A stretch of DNA of 64,000 nucleotides from Dimorphilus gyrociliatus (taxonomy: Eukaryota > Animalia > Annelida): contig CAJFCJ010000002.1 of the NCBI GenBank assembly GCA_904063045.1, forward strand, positions 1,882,422 through 1,946,421, given 5' to 3'. Below are positions 1 to 14,802 of the stretch, one piece after another; position 1 is the first letter of the stretch; each line of letters begins with the position of its first letter. The notes under the pieces are model-generated. The model made no database searches and was not told the origin of the DNA. It worked only from the letters and a program-made list of their open reading frames with translations. Made by a program: the position numbers and the translations under genes.

Positions 1-372
1 TCTATAGATAATACGGTTGTTGTATAGAGTTTGTTATTTCTTTAGGTTTTCAAGCGAACTTCATCTATTTAAGGAATCGTGTTTATTTTTAAATAGAGCG
101 TGTTATTTTTAGAATTATCAATAACCTTTCTCGCACCTTCTGTTTAAGCATATAAATATATATATATAAAGTGTATATATTTCAAATACTTTATACAAAA
201 GCAATATTAAAGAAGAAAACTTTTATTTATTTATTTTTTGTACATAAAAAAAGGAATATTTATTTATAAAAACTGGTTAAGTTGTTAATGTTTTGTATTT
301 TACCATTTTGTGCAATTTTAAACGAAGTGTAGAGACCAAATTTCTCTGTCTTTACAATTTATTTCTGACGAA

Positions 373-1726
373 ATGGAAATTATTGTTGGAACATATGAAG
401 AGTTATTATTAGCTTATAACTTGGTTGACTCTGATAAAGTAATAAAATCTCTTATAAATACTATACAATTATGTTGAAAGCGTATTTATCCATTTATCGC
501 TCACAAACATGCTTCTTTTTTCTTAAAGGGTTTTACACTCCAGCAAAGTTTCACGAATCATAATCACACGGGCTGCATTAAATGCTTAAATGTATCAAAA
601 AATGATATCCTCGTGTCCGGTAGTACAGATGAAACAATTCAATTAATAAACCTAAAATCTAGGAAAGAAACAGGATCTTTGATGGAGCATTCAGGTTTTT
701 TATTAAATAATTCTTTAATTATAAATATTTCGTGAAAATAAACAAATCTTATTAATAAACACATAGGTACTGTTACTAGTCTAAACTCTTTCGACGATTA
801 TCTCATTAGCTCCAGCGAAGATGGAAGCATTTGCATATGGGATGTGAAGTCTTGGCAGTGTTTAAAAACCTTAAAAAAACACAAGTATACTTCAATATAT
901 AAAATTATTAGTATTAGAATAAAAAACTTATATTGTTATTTCTTACTATAGGAGTGCTGTTTTCGATGTAGCTATTCATCCTAGTGGCAAATTAGCTATT
1001 TCGTGCGGAAAAGACAACACATTACGAACATGGGATTTAACGAATGGAAAATGTGCTTTTGTTATTAATACTACAGCCGGTAAAATTAAGCAAATTAATC
1101 ATTATGATATAAAAAAAAACTATGAAAGAAGCTTTTTTTTACTTATTATAGCGTCTCTCAAATGGAACGAGACAGGGAAACACTATATAGCAATCACTGG
1201 AAATAAAATAGATACGTATGAAATGGAAACGGGGAAGAAAACAACAACTGAATTGTCCTATCCCATATGCAGTTCTCTGTTTATTTCGGTAACTTATTCA
1301 GTTTTTGTTATTATATAATAAAAATACCATTTGGATATTCTTTAGGAAACCGAACTTCTTGTTGGAGGGGAAGGAGGTCACTTAGAAATCATTGATCTTA
1401 TTTCGGGCGAAAAGCGATTATCTATAGACTCACAAATGAAAAGGTAAACAGTTTGTATAAAGAATATTGATCAATGATTATTTTCCTTTTTTTTTTTATT
1501 TAGGGTGAAATGTTTGACGTGCAGTTTAGTTCAAGAAGGACCTAATAATCCCTGGATAATAGCTGGCTCATCCGATGGTATGATAAAAATCTTTAGACTA
1601 GATAAAGAAGGATCAACTTGGAGCTCTTCACTGGTAGCCAAGCATGATACAAAATTTAGATTAACTTGTATAGCCATAAGAGAAACGGGTCCTGTGTCGT
1701 GTGAAAGTGATGATAGTACCGAATAG
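373..1726 (+). CDS. PAK1IP1: PAK1-interacting protein 1 (MAK11-like WD40 60S biogenesis factor), multi-exon
   Basis: ATG at 373 gives MEIIVGTYEELLLAY. Exon from 529 gives GFTLQQSFTNHNHTGCIKCL...LVSGSTDETIQLINLKSRKETGSLMEHSG. Later WD40 repeats include VAIHPSGKLAISCGKDNTLRTWDL and IIAGSSDGMIKIF. GT-AG introns join in frame; stop at 1724-1726. Confidence 0.9.
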
Positions 1727-1978
1727 AATGCTGCAGTTATTATTATATAACCCTATAAAAAATTTTAAGTTTAACAACCTACTAAAGAATAAGATTGACA
1801 AAAACTTTGTACACATAAAAAAAAAATTAAAAACATTTTTTCTTACCAGCTGTAATAAATTCTTTATAGGCTTACTTGAATGTATTATTACATAGCTTAA
1901 TAAAACTTCTTAGTTCTTCTTGAATATTCAAATAAATAGAGAAAATAAAAGAAAATATTTCTAAAGACTAGGCATAAT

Positions 1979-2833
1979 TTAATAAATATTTGGGATATTT
2001 TTATTCTTCCAAATATTCTCCATTCTTTCGGCTGCTAGATTTGAATTTGCTTCGTCGAAGGGAGTGTTAATGTTAATTCCTTTGGCAGGGAGTGCAATAT
2101 CATCCTTTGAACTATCAGATTGTTCTGATTCGAACTTATTAACTGCTAAACACTTTCCATAAATCAATTCGCTTTCTTCATTAGTCTTAATATCCTTGGG
2201 AAAGCTGCGATAGTATTCTGTACAGACTACAATTAGGCAAGGTGTAGATAAAGCGAGTGTTATTGTATAAAAAATTCCAATAACTAAATGCAATTGCTCC
2301 TTTCTTAACTCATATTTTCTGCCTTTTAACTCTTGAATGACACTTGTTTTATTCAGTTCCTTTTCACTACTCTCTCTTATAGTAGCAGTCTCGCTATTTT
2401 TGTCATTGGGTCTCTGTCTATCCTTTTCTATCCTTTCAAATACGCTTTTATCAGTTGGAACTCTCATATTACAAAGATTCGATTTACAACAGCAAAAAAC
2501 CTGAACAAAGTTTAGTGTCTTTTCAACATAGAAAAATAGATCTTTCTTAGTTGAATCGCCAAGACAGAATCCTTCGTTTAATTTACATAAATTACCATAT
2601 TGTGGTTGTAGACAACCAACGTATTTCCATCGTTTTATTTTACCCTCGCGTAACTCTTCCGTCCAATAAACAAAGCAATATTCGTGAACTAAACATTCAA
2701 CTTTACCTACTTTGCAGTTGGTATTAAAATTATTATCTATTTCGCAATTAGTTGTATTTTTACCACAAATTAACATTTTCGAAGAGCTAATTATTATTTT
2801 TAATATTATAATTAAGAATTTTAAATTATTCAT
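1979..2833 (-). CDS. Intronless single-pass membrane protein with activin/BMP type II receptor-like ectodomain and no kinase domain
   Basis: Hydrophobic N-terminal signal; 10-Cys three-finger pattern with CFVYW...KYVGC and the Cys-box FCCCKSNLCN; TM LHLVIGIFYTITLALSTPCLIVVC; about 80-aa tail; stop at 1979-1981. Confidence 0.8.
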   Translation of the reverse strand: MNNLKFLIIILKIIISSSKMLICGKNTTNCEIDNNFNTNCKVGKVECLVHEYCFVYWTEELREGKIKRWKYVGCLQPQYGNLCKLNEGFCLGDSTKKDLFFYVEKTLNFVQVFCCCKSNLCNMRVPTDKSVFERIEKDRQRPNDKNSETATIRESSEKELNKTSVIQELKGRKYELRKEQLHLVIGIFYTITLALSTPCLIVVCTEYYRSFPKDIKTNEESELIYGKCLAVNKFESEQSDSSKDDIALPAKGININTPFDEANSNLAAERMENIWKNKNIPNIY

Positions 2834-3266
2834 CACTTAAGTGGAAATCATAACAAGAACGGAACGTTTTATTATTTTATTTTTAATTAATTCTGTGTTG
2901 GTTTTTTAAAAAGAAGAAAAAAGAAAGTTTTTGCTAATTCTTTGGTAAATGTTTTTTTAAAAATAGACCATACAGTTGAAGGGATAAGGTTGAAAAACGC
3001 TTCATTGACTTCTATCTATACTCATTAGACGGATAAAAAATAGGAGAAATAATGAATCTTAAATTATCGACCATTTTTCGATTGGTGAAGGGAAAGCCTA
3101 TAAAATTTTATAGTCTAATCGATTTCACTTTATTTTCCTTTATTTTCAACTTTTCAATGAATCGATTACATCTTTTCCCTACAAAATTCCGCTCTTTTCC
3201 CCTTTTACAGTATTTGCATTCTTCTCCTTGAAACTGAATAATCACTGATAAACTTTTTAAACAAAT

Positions 3267-5011
3267 ATGTCAAGAATAGCCTATCCAGTAGGTGACAGGT
3301 GAGTAAACGGATAACGTAATTAAACTATTTAAAATAATAGACGAGAATCGATCGGAATAGCTCGAAAAGAAGTCATTCCCAAGGATTAAATAGGCCTTAC
3401 ATAAACATTAATATAAATATATAAAAGTAAATATACTGTATATATGATTTAATCAATAGATTTGTTGAAGACTTAGTGGCTCCCTGTACATCACCTGCTT
3501 CTCCCTTACCGCCCGAAATACATATCGATCTAAAAGCTTTAAATTTAAAGATAGATACGAAAGAAGATAAGAAAGGATCAATTAGTTGGTCAAGGGAATT
3601 AACAAATCCAAGAGAACTATATAAGATACCAGTTCCTAGTAAATTCTTCGTTAAACTGCCATCTATTAAGAATGGAAAGCAATATTTTAAAGTAGCGGCA
3701 AAAACTCCTTTAATCTCGTTCAATAATATTTTTCTATTTACTCCTTTCCTTTTATGACTTTCGAAAGAAAAATATAGAAAACTAGGTTCTTGTCGTCTTT
3801 TTCTTTTATCAAGGTTATATATAGGTTTATTATTACAAAATCAAGTATTAACTCTATGCTAAAATCTATTTACCCAAAATACATAAATTACGTGATTTAA
3901 TCAAATAAAATTAAAGAAATATATCTAAATTTGTATAGGAGCAGGTTACCAAAAAAGATATATATATGCCGAATATTCTATTTTTAAGTATAAAGAGTAA
4001 AAACAAGTAAATAATAAAGAAGAGAGAAAGAGATTATTTATCTCTCGTATATAGTTTTTTTCATTGTTATGTGTAGGCGTGTGTGTGTGTGTGTGTGTGT
4101 ATGTGTGTTTATATATATACTAGTTTTTTTTTAAAAAAAAAAAGAAATTTCTTTTTTGAATGTCTTACGAAACGTTTGATTGAAAATAAATCTTACAAAT
4201 AATCCTTTATTGCATGTAACAAGATATAAACATATATCTTTACCTCTACTGTATAATAGGTGAATATAATGGTACTATTGTTGGGTAATGTTTATATGAT
4301 ATTTATATATAAATATATTATCTAATTCATTGAAAATTTAAGGAGTTTTTTCTTGCTACTTTTCTTATTTAAAAGCCTAATGAAACTTGGAAGGAATTAG
4401 CTGAAATTGGAGCAAAGAAAGAAGTTAATTTACTTAATATTCCTGATAAATTACCATCTCCTATTGAATCTTCGATAAGATTGTCGAGTCCAGTTGCTAC
4501 AATTAAAAAGACGACTAAACAAATGCAACTTAGACAAATCGATATGAATATATCAATTACACCAAGAGAGGTTCTTCAGCGTCGTCATCACGTTCGACAA
4601 GTACAAGAAAAATTGCAAAATATTCTGCACCAAACTAAACACTCGAATAAGAGACGTGCGAAGAAAGTAGGCCTAAGGGATGAATTCTTCCGGCAAAAGT
4701 CTATTTTAGGTTTAAATTTATGCTGCCCGAACAATTTACAAATTGATATGAAGAGGTCGAAAACAGGCTTGATACCAATACATAATAAGCTTATTGCAAT
4801 GGAGACTAAATCTGTAGAGAAATCGAATACATCTGAAATGAATGATTTAGCTATTATTTCTAGCCGTTGGCCTCAAGCTAGAGAAGAAAAACGGAATAGT
4901 CTAACAACAGCTAATATAGAAAAGCCATTGAAATCTAGTGCAACTGCAACACCGAAAGTTTTTAATATACTATATATCAACAAAACAAAGCAGAAAGCTG
5001 TTCGAGAATAA
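3267..5011 (+). CDS. Hypothetical protein, probably 3 exons (3267-3298, 3460-~3691, 4376-5011)
   Basis: ATG-MSRIAYPVGD|gtgagt joins in frame to R-FVEDLVAPCTSP (ORF 3476). An acceptor at 4375 opens PNETWKELAEIG..., continuing into ORF 4481..5011. The second donor is uncertain and no family was recognised. Confidence 0.5.
4079..4108. repeat. (GT)n microsatellite
   Basis: Directly visible GT run in an intron of the 3267..5011 gene. Confidence 0.95.
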
Positions 5012-5167
5012 ATAATTTCATTAATAAAGTACTATCAAATTGAAAAATTCCACTGTTAAGTTTGTTAAATTATAGGCTTAATCAAGAAATTCGAAAAAGA
5101 AATGATCTGAAGATTAATCCGACCGATTACAAAGTTATTCGACTTTTAATAATATAGATACATCTCG

Positions 5168-5182
5168 CTCTCTCTCTCTCTC
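5168..5182. repeat. (CT)n microsatellite
   Basis: Short CT run between converging 3' ends. Confidence 0.8.
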
Positions 5183-5318
5183 GTTTTTTTTTCTCTTTTT
5201 GCTTATTTATCTTTGCAATTTTATTGGATAGCTAACAATCAACTGTATAGTTTTAAACACAGAAATGTAGATAATTTTGGCTAGTTTCCTTCAGTTATAT
5301 TGCTTAAATGCCCTTACT

Positions 5319-6599
5319 TCACATAGTACTTGATTCGACAAGATCCTGTTTCAAAAAAGTATTTATATTATAAAAATTTAAATAAAACTATTTAAAGATT
5401 AATTATAATCTTACTTGATTATCTTTGATAATTTTGGTCCAGTCTTTACTTGCAATAACTGGGATAGCATGTAAAATCAGTTTACTTGCTCGATCAGCGT
5501 TCTCCTTCATTTGTTTCATAACAGACTCAACAGACACTTCTTCATTTTCTTTCCAGCAATCGTAATCGGTTACAAGAGCAATAGAAGCATAACTCATACC
5601 TAATTCTTTTGCTAATGTCACTTCTGGAACAGTTGTCATATTTACAATATCACAATTCCAGCTTTTGAAAAGGAAACTTTCCGCTTTTGTACTAAATCTA
5701 TTTAAGAACAAATTAACACTTGTGACTTATTATATTTCAATGCTTAGAGTTTTTTATTTAACCTTGGCCCTTCAATAGTTACTGTTGTTCCTGTTGAGTG
5801 AAATGGAAGTTGGAGTTCCTTTGCACAGTTTATAAGAACTTCTCTCAAGTTGTTACAAAATGGCATTCCCATAGGAATATGGCATACCCCCTTCAAAGAA
5901 TTCTCTCCTCCGTCAAACATAGTTAAAGGTCTTTTGTTGGTTCTATTTGAAATGTAGCAAAAAATTAATGCAATGTTATAATACTAGCGCCATCTGCAAT
6001 GAGAAACTTGAGATGTCTAGTAAAACTATGAAATCTAAGAAACAATCGCTACCTATCGATGAACTGATCCAGAAAAACTAAATGTCCAGGAGCCATTTCA
6101 TCCTTCAATGATCCGCAGGCAGTTGTTACGATGACATGACTACAGCCCTCTTTCCAGAAAGCATACATATTGGCTTGATAATTTACATTTGTCGGATTTA
6201 TATTATGCTTTCTTCCATGTCTATATGTATTAATAACAGTCTAATGTTAAAAACTAGTTCTCTCCGTCTGAGTAGCTCGTTACAGCGTTTTAGAAAGTTA
6301 ATGAAAAAGTTGCATGTCGATTACCTGGACAAAAGAACACATTCAATATTCTTTATTCTTCCAACAATTAATTTATCAGAAGGCTGAAAAAATATTGATA
6401 CTTTTTATTAATTTTTACAATATTATTTAAAAACTTAATACCTTTCCATAAGGAGTATCGACATCCTTTTCCACTCTGTTTTCCCATAAATGAGGGTCAT
6501 CCATCCCGGTTCCGCCAATAATGCCAATTTTAACCTATAAATATGTTTTAGCAATTACTTAATTTATTTATTTGGAGTTATGAAAGCTTTTTTTACCAT
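5319..6599 (-). CDS. MTAP: S-methyl-5'-thioadenosine phosphorylase
   Basis: ATG|gt then [14 protein letters not shown]...[24 protein letters not shown]...[14 protein letters not shown]|[30 protein letters not shown]. Last exon DLVESSTM* has its stop at 5319-5321. Confidence 0.96.
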
Positions 6600-6806
6600 T
6601 TTTCAAGTAAAAGCTCGGAAAGTGACAGTTTTGTAATTTTGTCGTACTTCAGCGAACACACATGCTCAAAAGGTCAAGGCCATGTAAAATATGCAAAATT
6701 AAAAATCAAGCACTATTCTAGATATTATTATTTAATTTTAAAATAAAAGCCAAAATAAAATTATTCTAATTAAAATTTTTTGAAAAAATGCGACACCTTG
6801 GCTGAT

Positions 6807-6820
6807 GTTACCATAGTGAC
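6807..6820. promoter_or_regulatory. RFX X-box-like motif in the MTAP/calcyphosin divergent promoter
   Basis: GTTACCATAGTGAC resembles the GTNRCC-N2-RGYAAC consensus and lies about 250 bp upstream of the calcyphosin ATG. Confidence 0.5.
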
Positions 6821-7070
6821 AACGCTATCGACAAGGTGTAACTTGTAAAAGTAGCAGAATCCGCACTGCCAAGCGCCATATTGTTTCAAGAAAATCTTAT
6901 CTGAATAGTAGCTAATCTTATCACAACTTATCTATTTGAGAAAATAAGTAAGTACTCTTGAGAGGAGTATTGGCGCGTTTTTTTAATTGAAATTTTCGAA
7001 TGAAAAACGAGTTCAAACGTGTAGTTCTTTTCGCTCCACAGTACGAAATAGTCTACATTGAAATCTCCAT

Positions 7071-8709
<1,639 letters not shown>

Positions 8710-9320
8710 AAAAAAAAACACACACACACATACAAACAAACAAAAATATTCAATATAGAATTTATGAATAATATTAAAATATGAAAGATCATAATTCTAT
8801 AGTTTTCTCAACAATTCCATTTTTACCTTCTCGTTCATATTTTAGTTCTTTCAAGGAATATCTTTTAATTTATTTTGATATATTTTAGCATGGAAAAAAT
8901 TCTCAATAGTCTTGTTTTTTTTTTATTGAAATTATAGCTTTTTATTATTTTGTTTTTTCGTTATTTGAAAAAAAAAAGGATGTTTTCTAATATATCTAAT
9001 GCTGAGAAAATATGTATTAATAAACTAATGAATGGAGATTAAAGAAATTTATGAATAATAAATGAATAAAGTGTAAATTGAATGTATTTATTATTGAAAA
9101 ATAGAATAAACGTAAAAATTCATCACAGAAAAAATAATGAATGAAATAGTTATAATTTCATCGTAAGTTAGTTAATTTCCTACAAGTGTTTTATATATAT
9201 AATTTGTAACTTTTACATTCGTTTTTGCCTTATTTTTTTTTTTAAATTAAAAGAAAATATGTATGTAAATCATTTTGTAAACATTTTTCAACAATAAAAA
9301 ATAACTCTAGGCCTTACGAT

Positions 9321-12300
9321 TTAGGAGCCAAACTCTACTGTATCGTCTTCAATTGGTTTAAATTCAAATTTCCCTCTTCCATCCATATGTAAGTAGTACT
9401 AAAATGAAATAATTATAGTATTAAAGTTATTATATAAATAGAATATAAGTCTATAATAAATACCTCGTGATGTTTCCACAAACTCTTTCTATGCGATACT
9501 GTAAATAGAGTAATTCCAACTTCTCTACAGTGATTATACATGTAACCTTCAACGTCAACGCTAACAGCGCTTGTGCATTCATCCAAAATTGCGAATTGTG
9601 GTTTATGATAAAATAATCGAGCCATCTATCGAATAGAAACAATATTTTAGAGATGAAATATTTTAAGAATCATTCAACACTTACGGCTATTCTCTGCTTT
9701 TCTCCACCACTCAATACATCCATCCAATCTTGTACGGATTCCCAACCGCCTTCACGTTCCAAAATATATGATAATTGTACTTTTTCTAATATATATTTAA
9801 GATCCGCATCGCTAATTCCTTTCTTTAATTGACCTAATTGATCATCTGGATAAATAATTTGATCTCTAAGAGTGCCCAGAGTCATGTATGGCCTCTGAGG
9901 AACATAGAAAAGATTTGCTCCAGCAGGTTTAGTTAAGTTTCCTCCAAATAGTGGCCAAAGTTCTCCCAATATTCTGAAGAGAGAACTCTTTCCGCAACCG
10001 TTCGGTCCGCAGACCAATACATTTCTTCCAGCTGGCACCTCAAAGTTTAATTCCTCAACAAGAACATCTCCATTGGGAGTTATCAATGGTACACGTTCAA
10101 ATTTAATCAAGTGATCCTTAATTAAGACTTGACCACTGTTTGGTTTCAATTCGTCTAAATGTCTAATTGGGATGGGTTTGTCTTCGTCAAAATCTCTATT
10201 CTTATCGGATTTCACCATTGTTCTTTCATATTTTCCCTTATTCAAATCGTCTAGAACTTTCATAAACTCAGTTACACGAGCGGCAAAACTGAAAATTTAA
10301 ATGAAAAGATAAAATATAGAGTGTGTAATTCTACAAAATTTATATACTCTACCCAGAAAGTCTTGTCATTTCCCTTCCAGCAAGAACAACTCTTCCAATA
10401 GCCTCTGCCATTCTTACTAACATTCTTCCACTTTGATAATAATCCTATGTGAAAGTTATAAATAAATTCCAAAGTGGTATATACTAATATGAAAATACCT
10501 CGAGTCTTTCAGAATGTGAAGATGTCAAATGTCTAGGATCAGCAAGACTTAAGAATGGACGACTTACAACCAAATATCCAACAACAGTTGCCAAATCTAT
10601 AATTTGATAAAGGAAAAGAAAAGGATTTATTAAGAAAGAATAAAGAATTTAATAAATCAATATAATATTCACATTTAGCTATGATATTATCGGTGAATCC
10701 CATATTAAAACGGAATTTTATTACACTTCTAACGTGATTGACCTATAGCATAAGAAATTATATTATAAAGGTATATTTTAAATAAAATATTAATAATTAC
10801 CAATCTTGAAAAACTAGACAATACAATTTCTTTCTCTTTTCTGTTGCCTTGATAAAATGCTACTTCTTCGCTATTTGTTATTAAACGAGAGTTAACATAT
10901 CTAAATTCTCCTTCTAATTTTTGTTCATCAACGGTCATTCTACCCATTGGTCTTCTTAATCTATAATAAATTTTCAATAGATTCTTTATTTATTGATAAA
11001 TTGTTTTAATTCCAAAAAAGTTTACCTAGTTAGTATTAGTCCTGAAACGACTAAATATAATATCATAAATCCTGGACCTTGAGCACCGATAGCTCCCGTA
11101 AGTTTTGTGGTATAGATGACAATATCAAGCATAGGCTGAAAAATTAATAATTATTCATTAACTATGAAATATAAAAAAACTATATTTTATATATTTACTT
11201 TACTCAAATTGGAATATAATTCTGCTACAGAGTCACAAAATTTATCAACATCCTGAGTTAGTAACTGATCAGGGTTAGCAATTCTATTATCCAAGTTATT
11301 CATCTTATAGTACGTAAAACCCCTTTAAAAGTCCAAAAAAAAATATTGTAATTTCATAGATAATAACTTAATCTCTATAACCTTTACACTAACACTTACG
11401 TCAAATACTTTTTATACAAATGATTTGTTAATTGGGTTCTAAAGCGAAGTTTTAATTCATTTAATCCATATTTTAACAAGTTATTAACAACTGAGATCTA
11501 AAAGAAAATGAAAAACAATATCAACTATATGAAAATTCTACGTTTAATTCTACTTACCAATGGCATGGCATAGATGAATTTAAATAAATGTACTTTAAAT
11601 AATTCATTATTTCGTCCAATAATGGCGCTATATAATGAAAGAGATTTTTAATTATTTTAACAGTAAAATAGCAATGTATACTTTGTACCTTTCTATTGCT
11701 GTACCATTCTGAATCATCCATACGTCGGCATATGTTCTAGAGGCAAGAGCAAAAGCTACCATAGCAATATACCAAACCTATATTTTGTTATTACAATTAG
11801 CTATAATCATATGTTGTTCCATAGTTTGATTTTATTCAATACCTCTTTTGAAAATAAGCCGGGAATGAGAAGTTTGAGAATTTTTCCCATACGTCTATAA
11901 AATAATCAAATTAGCTGACCAATTAAATAACTAATTTTCAATTAATAAAACCTAAAGAAGACCATATCAACGGCTGCTCTTTCTTTCTTATTTCCATTCT
12001 ATAAAAAAAAAAGTTTAAATTTTAAAAGATCATATAAAAAGTAATAAAATTAATATTAACCTCTGTGAAGATAATTGCCTTTTTGTCTTTTGATTTTCTA
12101 TAAAGAAAACATAATAATTCTATAATTCGATTTGTTAATAAACTTAAAATTTAACTCTTTAGACGAGTCACAGTTTTTGACTTTATCTATATAGTACAAT
12201 TGGTTGAACTACAGCTCGTAGTAATGTAGATGTATCATCATTAAATTAAAACAATGATTTCGAACCTTTTCTTCTTTTCATTTATTTTGTCAAGAAAAGA

Positions 12301-12381
12301 GTAGAGAACAGCCCCAGCTGCAACTGCTATAGCTGTGTTTTTCGGCGTAACAACCGTTTGTAGTTTACTGAGTACCACCAT
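9321..12381 (-). CDS. ABCD3: Peroxisomal ABC half-transporter PMP70
   Basis: Start MVVLSKLQ; EAA-like region [23 protein letters not shown]; Walker [10 protein letters not shown]; signature LSGGEKQR; Walker [10 protein letters not shown]; C-terminus EDDTVEFGS* matches the ABCD3 end. Confidence 0.96.
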
Positions 12382-12480
12382 TTTGAAGAGTAACAGACGA
12401 CGGAAATTTAAATAACACAAGCAAAATATAGCTGAGCGATATTGTAGATAATTGTATATTCACTATCTTTGAAACATAAA

Positions 12481-14688
12481 ATGGTAGTTAGAGCAGTTTT
12501 TATTCTTAATTTAAACTGCAATAAGTTGCTATACTATAAGTAAGAATAGAAAACATATTTATCATTTCAAAATTAATAATAAAATTCTTTTTAAGGAAGT
12601 TTGAAACAGTTGAAAAGTTATGCGAAGAGAGATTAGGAAAAGATTTTGTAGCACTGCCAAATGGGGAGGATCTTGAGAGATCTGTTATACATTTATTAGA
12701 TTTAGATAAAATTACTGAAAACGTTTGTAGATCAACTATAACAATAATACTTGTAATTATAATAGTAATATAATAAAACAATATTCTAATCGTATATAGG
12801 ATCTAGCAGAAAAAGATTCTTGTTTAACAGAAGATCAAAAGCCACTTTTTAGACTTAAAACGGAAGAAGGTTACATTTGGCCTCTAGCTATAATCGTTCA
12901 ATTTAATTTATTATACGGTTGTGTTGGTGTTTGCGATAATGATGGACCAGAAATATTCGGAGATTTAAATAAGTAAATAAATTAATGCTCTTATTAGTTA
13001 AGATAAATATTAAGATAAAAAGTTTAAAATATCTTTAGCGGCAGTATCTCTGAAAGTCTTTCTCTATTAGCATCGGCGGCAGAATTTCTAGGTAATCCAC
13101 CAAACAATGTGGATCAAGTTTGTATTTATTAATTTAATGATTGATATAAGTTTCTATTGTTTCTTTTTTAAAAAAAAACTGAAAGTCCTGGATGAAATTA
13201 TTAGAACTTGAATTATATATATCCGAAGCTTGTCCTTTCGGTTTACTTCAAGAAACTGATACATTTAGAATAAAATCTATAGTCAACAATAAACTTACTC
13301 CAATTGTTTCGGATGTTAAAGTAAAGTACCAAAAATACATCTTTTTTGGCTGTTTATATACAAAGATATTGTATTAATTTAATTTTTAGCAACCATGTTG
13401 GAGAAATATTGGAAAGAAAGGAGTAAATAATTTGGACTTTATTCTCTCTGAAAATATAAAATACGTTCAGGTTTGTTAAATTAAAATTATTTAAATAGAA
13501 CGATTGATGAATATCATTTATATATTTTAACATTTATAGTATGATAAATTAAATCTAAGAGACGATTGGATAGTTTACGGAAGTTTGTCAGTTCAAGGAG
13601 ATATTAGCGATTCTTTTAATCCAGAAGTTTCAATAACTATAATTAATAAGAATTATTCAAGCGAAAATGTAATTGATTCTCTAACAACACATCCAAATAT
13701 TAAATCAGTAGAAGGTTTGATCAATTACAACTGTATTTAATAATATTTTGTTTATTCCCTATTTTATTCATTTTTGAATAGACACTAATAGAGAACGCGA
13801 TGGTAAATTTACTAAAAAGTTAAAATTCAGTCTACCATCGCAGCCATTACTTCCAATTTGTAATTATAGTTGCACTTATAATGTTATTGAACCTCCTATT
13901 TTGGCATTCTACAAAGCTAGAGTAAACTTTTTAATAAGTTTTTTTACGCCAAAGAAAATACTAAAATGAATAACAATTTGTTATTAATAGGGAAAAGAAA
14001 ATGTTGAATTTATATTACAATTAAAGATATCTCAGCGAATGAAAAATAATTTTGAACTATTAGAACTTCGTTTTCCCTTCTTTCATAGAGGTTCTATCAA
14101 AGATTCTAATATTAATTGTTCTCAAGGTCAATATACAATAAGATCTAATGTTCTTTTATGGAATGTTGGTTAGTGTTTATTATAAATTTTTATTAACGGT
14201 AATAAATTGAAAAATTTCAATCATTTTCTTTTTCAGGTAATAAAATAAATAATAAACAACTTGAAGCCTTTATAAAGGGAAATTTGAATTTTGCTAAATA
14301 TGAATATAACATTAATCAAGAGCAATTTTGTATTGAGAACAATTGTTACGCGCAGGTATATTTAACAACAAATTAATATAGATTGAAATGATCTAACCCA
14401 GATATTACAATGTCTATCGTTCATAGGCCACATATAAAATCAACGATTATACTGCCAGTGGTTTGATGGTCGATAAAGATAGCTTTAACGTAACGCCACC
14501 TGTTAAAGTTAAAACATCTTTTAGTTAGTACAATAGCTTTTTATTTAATTAATTACCTTTTAATAGTATATTTAACTTGTTTGCTTTTCATTGTAGATAG
14601 AGGGTTTTCATCTGTAGAACACAAAATCTGGAATTCTAAAGGAGATGTCCCACACTGTTTTACGGCACCTGATGAACTTACTCAATAA
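12481..14688 (+). CDS. AP5M1: AP-5 complex subunit mu (MUDENG)
   Basis: MVVRAVFIL...KKFETVEK, EEGYIWPLAII, LYISEACPFG, QPCWR...LSENIKYVQ|YDK...DDWIVYG and the C-terminal HKIWNSKG all parallel AP5M1; multi-exon. Confidence 0.88.
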
Positions 14689-14802
14689 ACATGTGTTATA
14701 TATTATTTATTACTTAATATTAAACAATAGATATAATAGCATAATATAAAACCAAAACTAGAACGAAAACTAAATTTATATATATTTAAATATAGAACTT
14801 TG

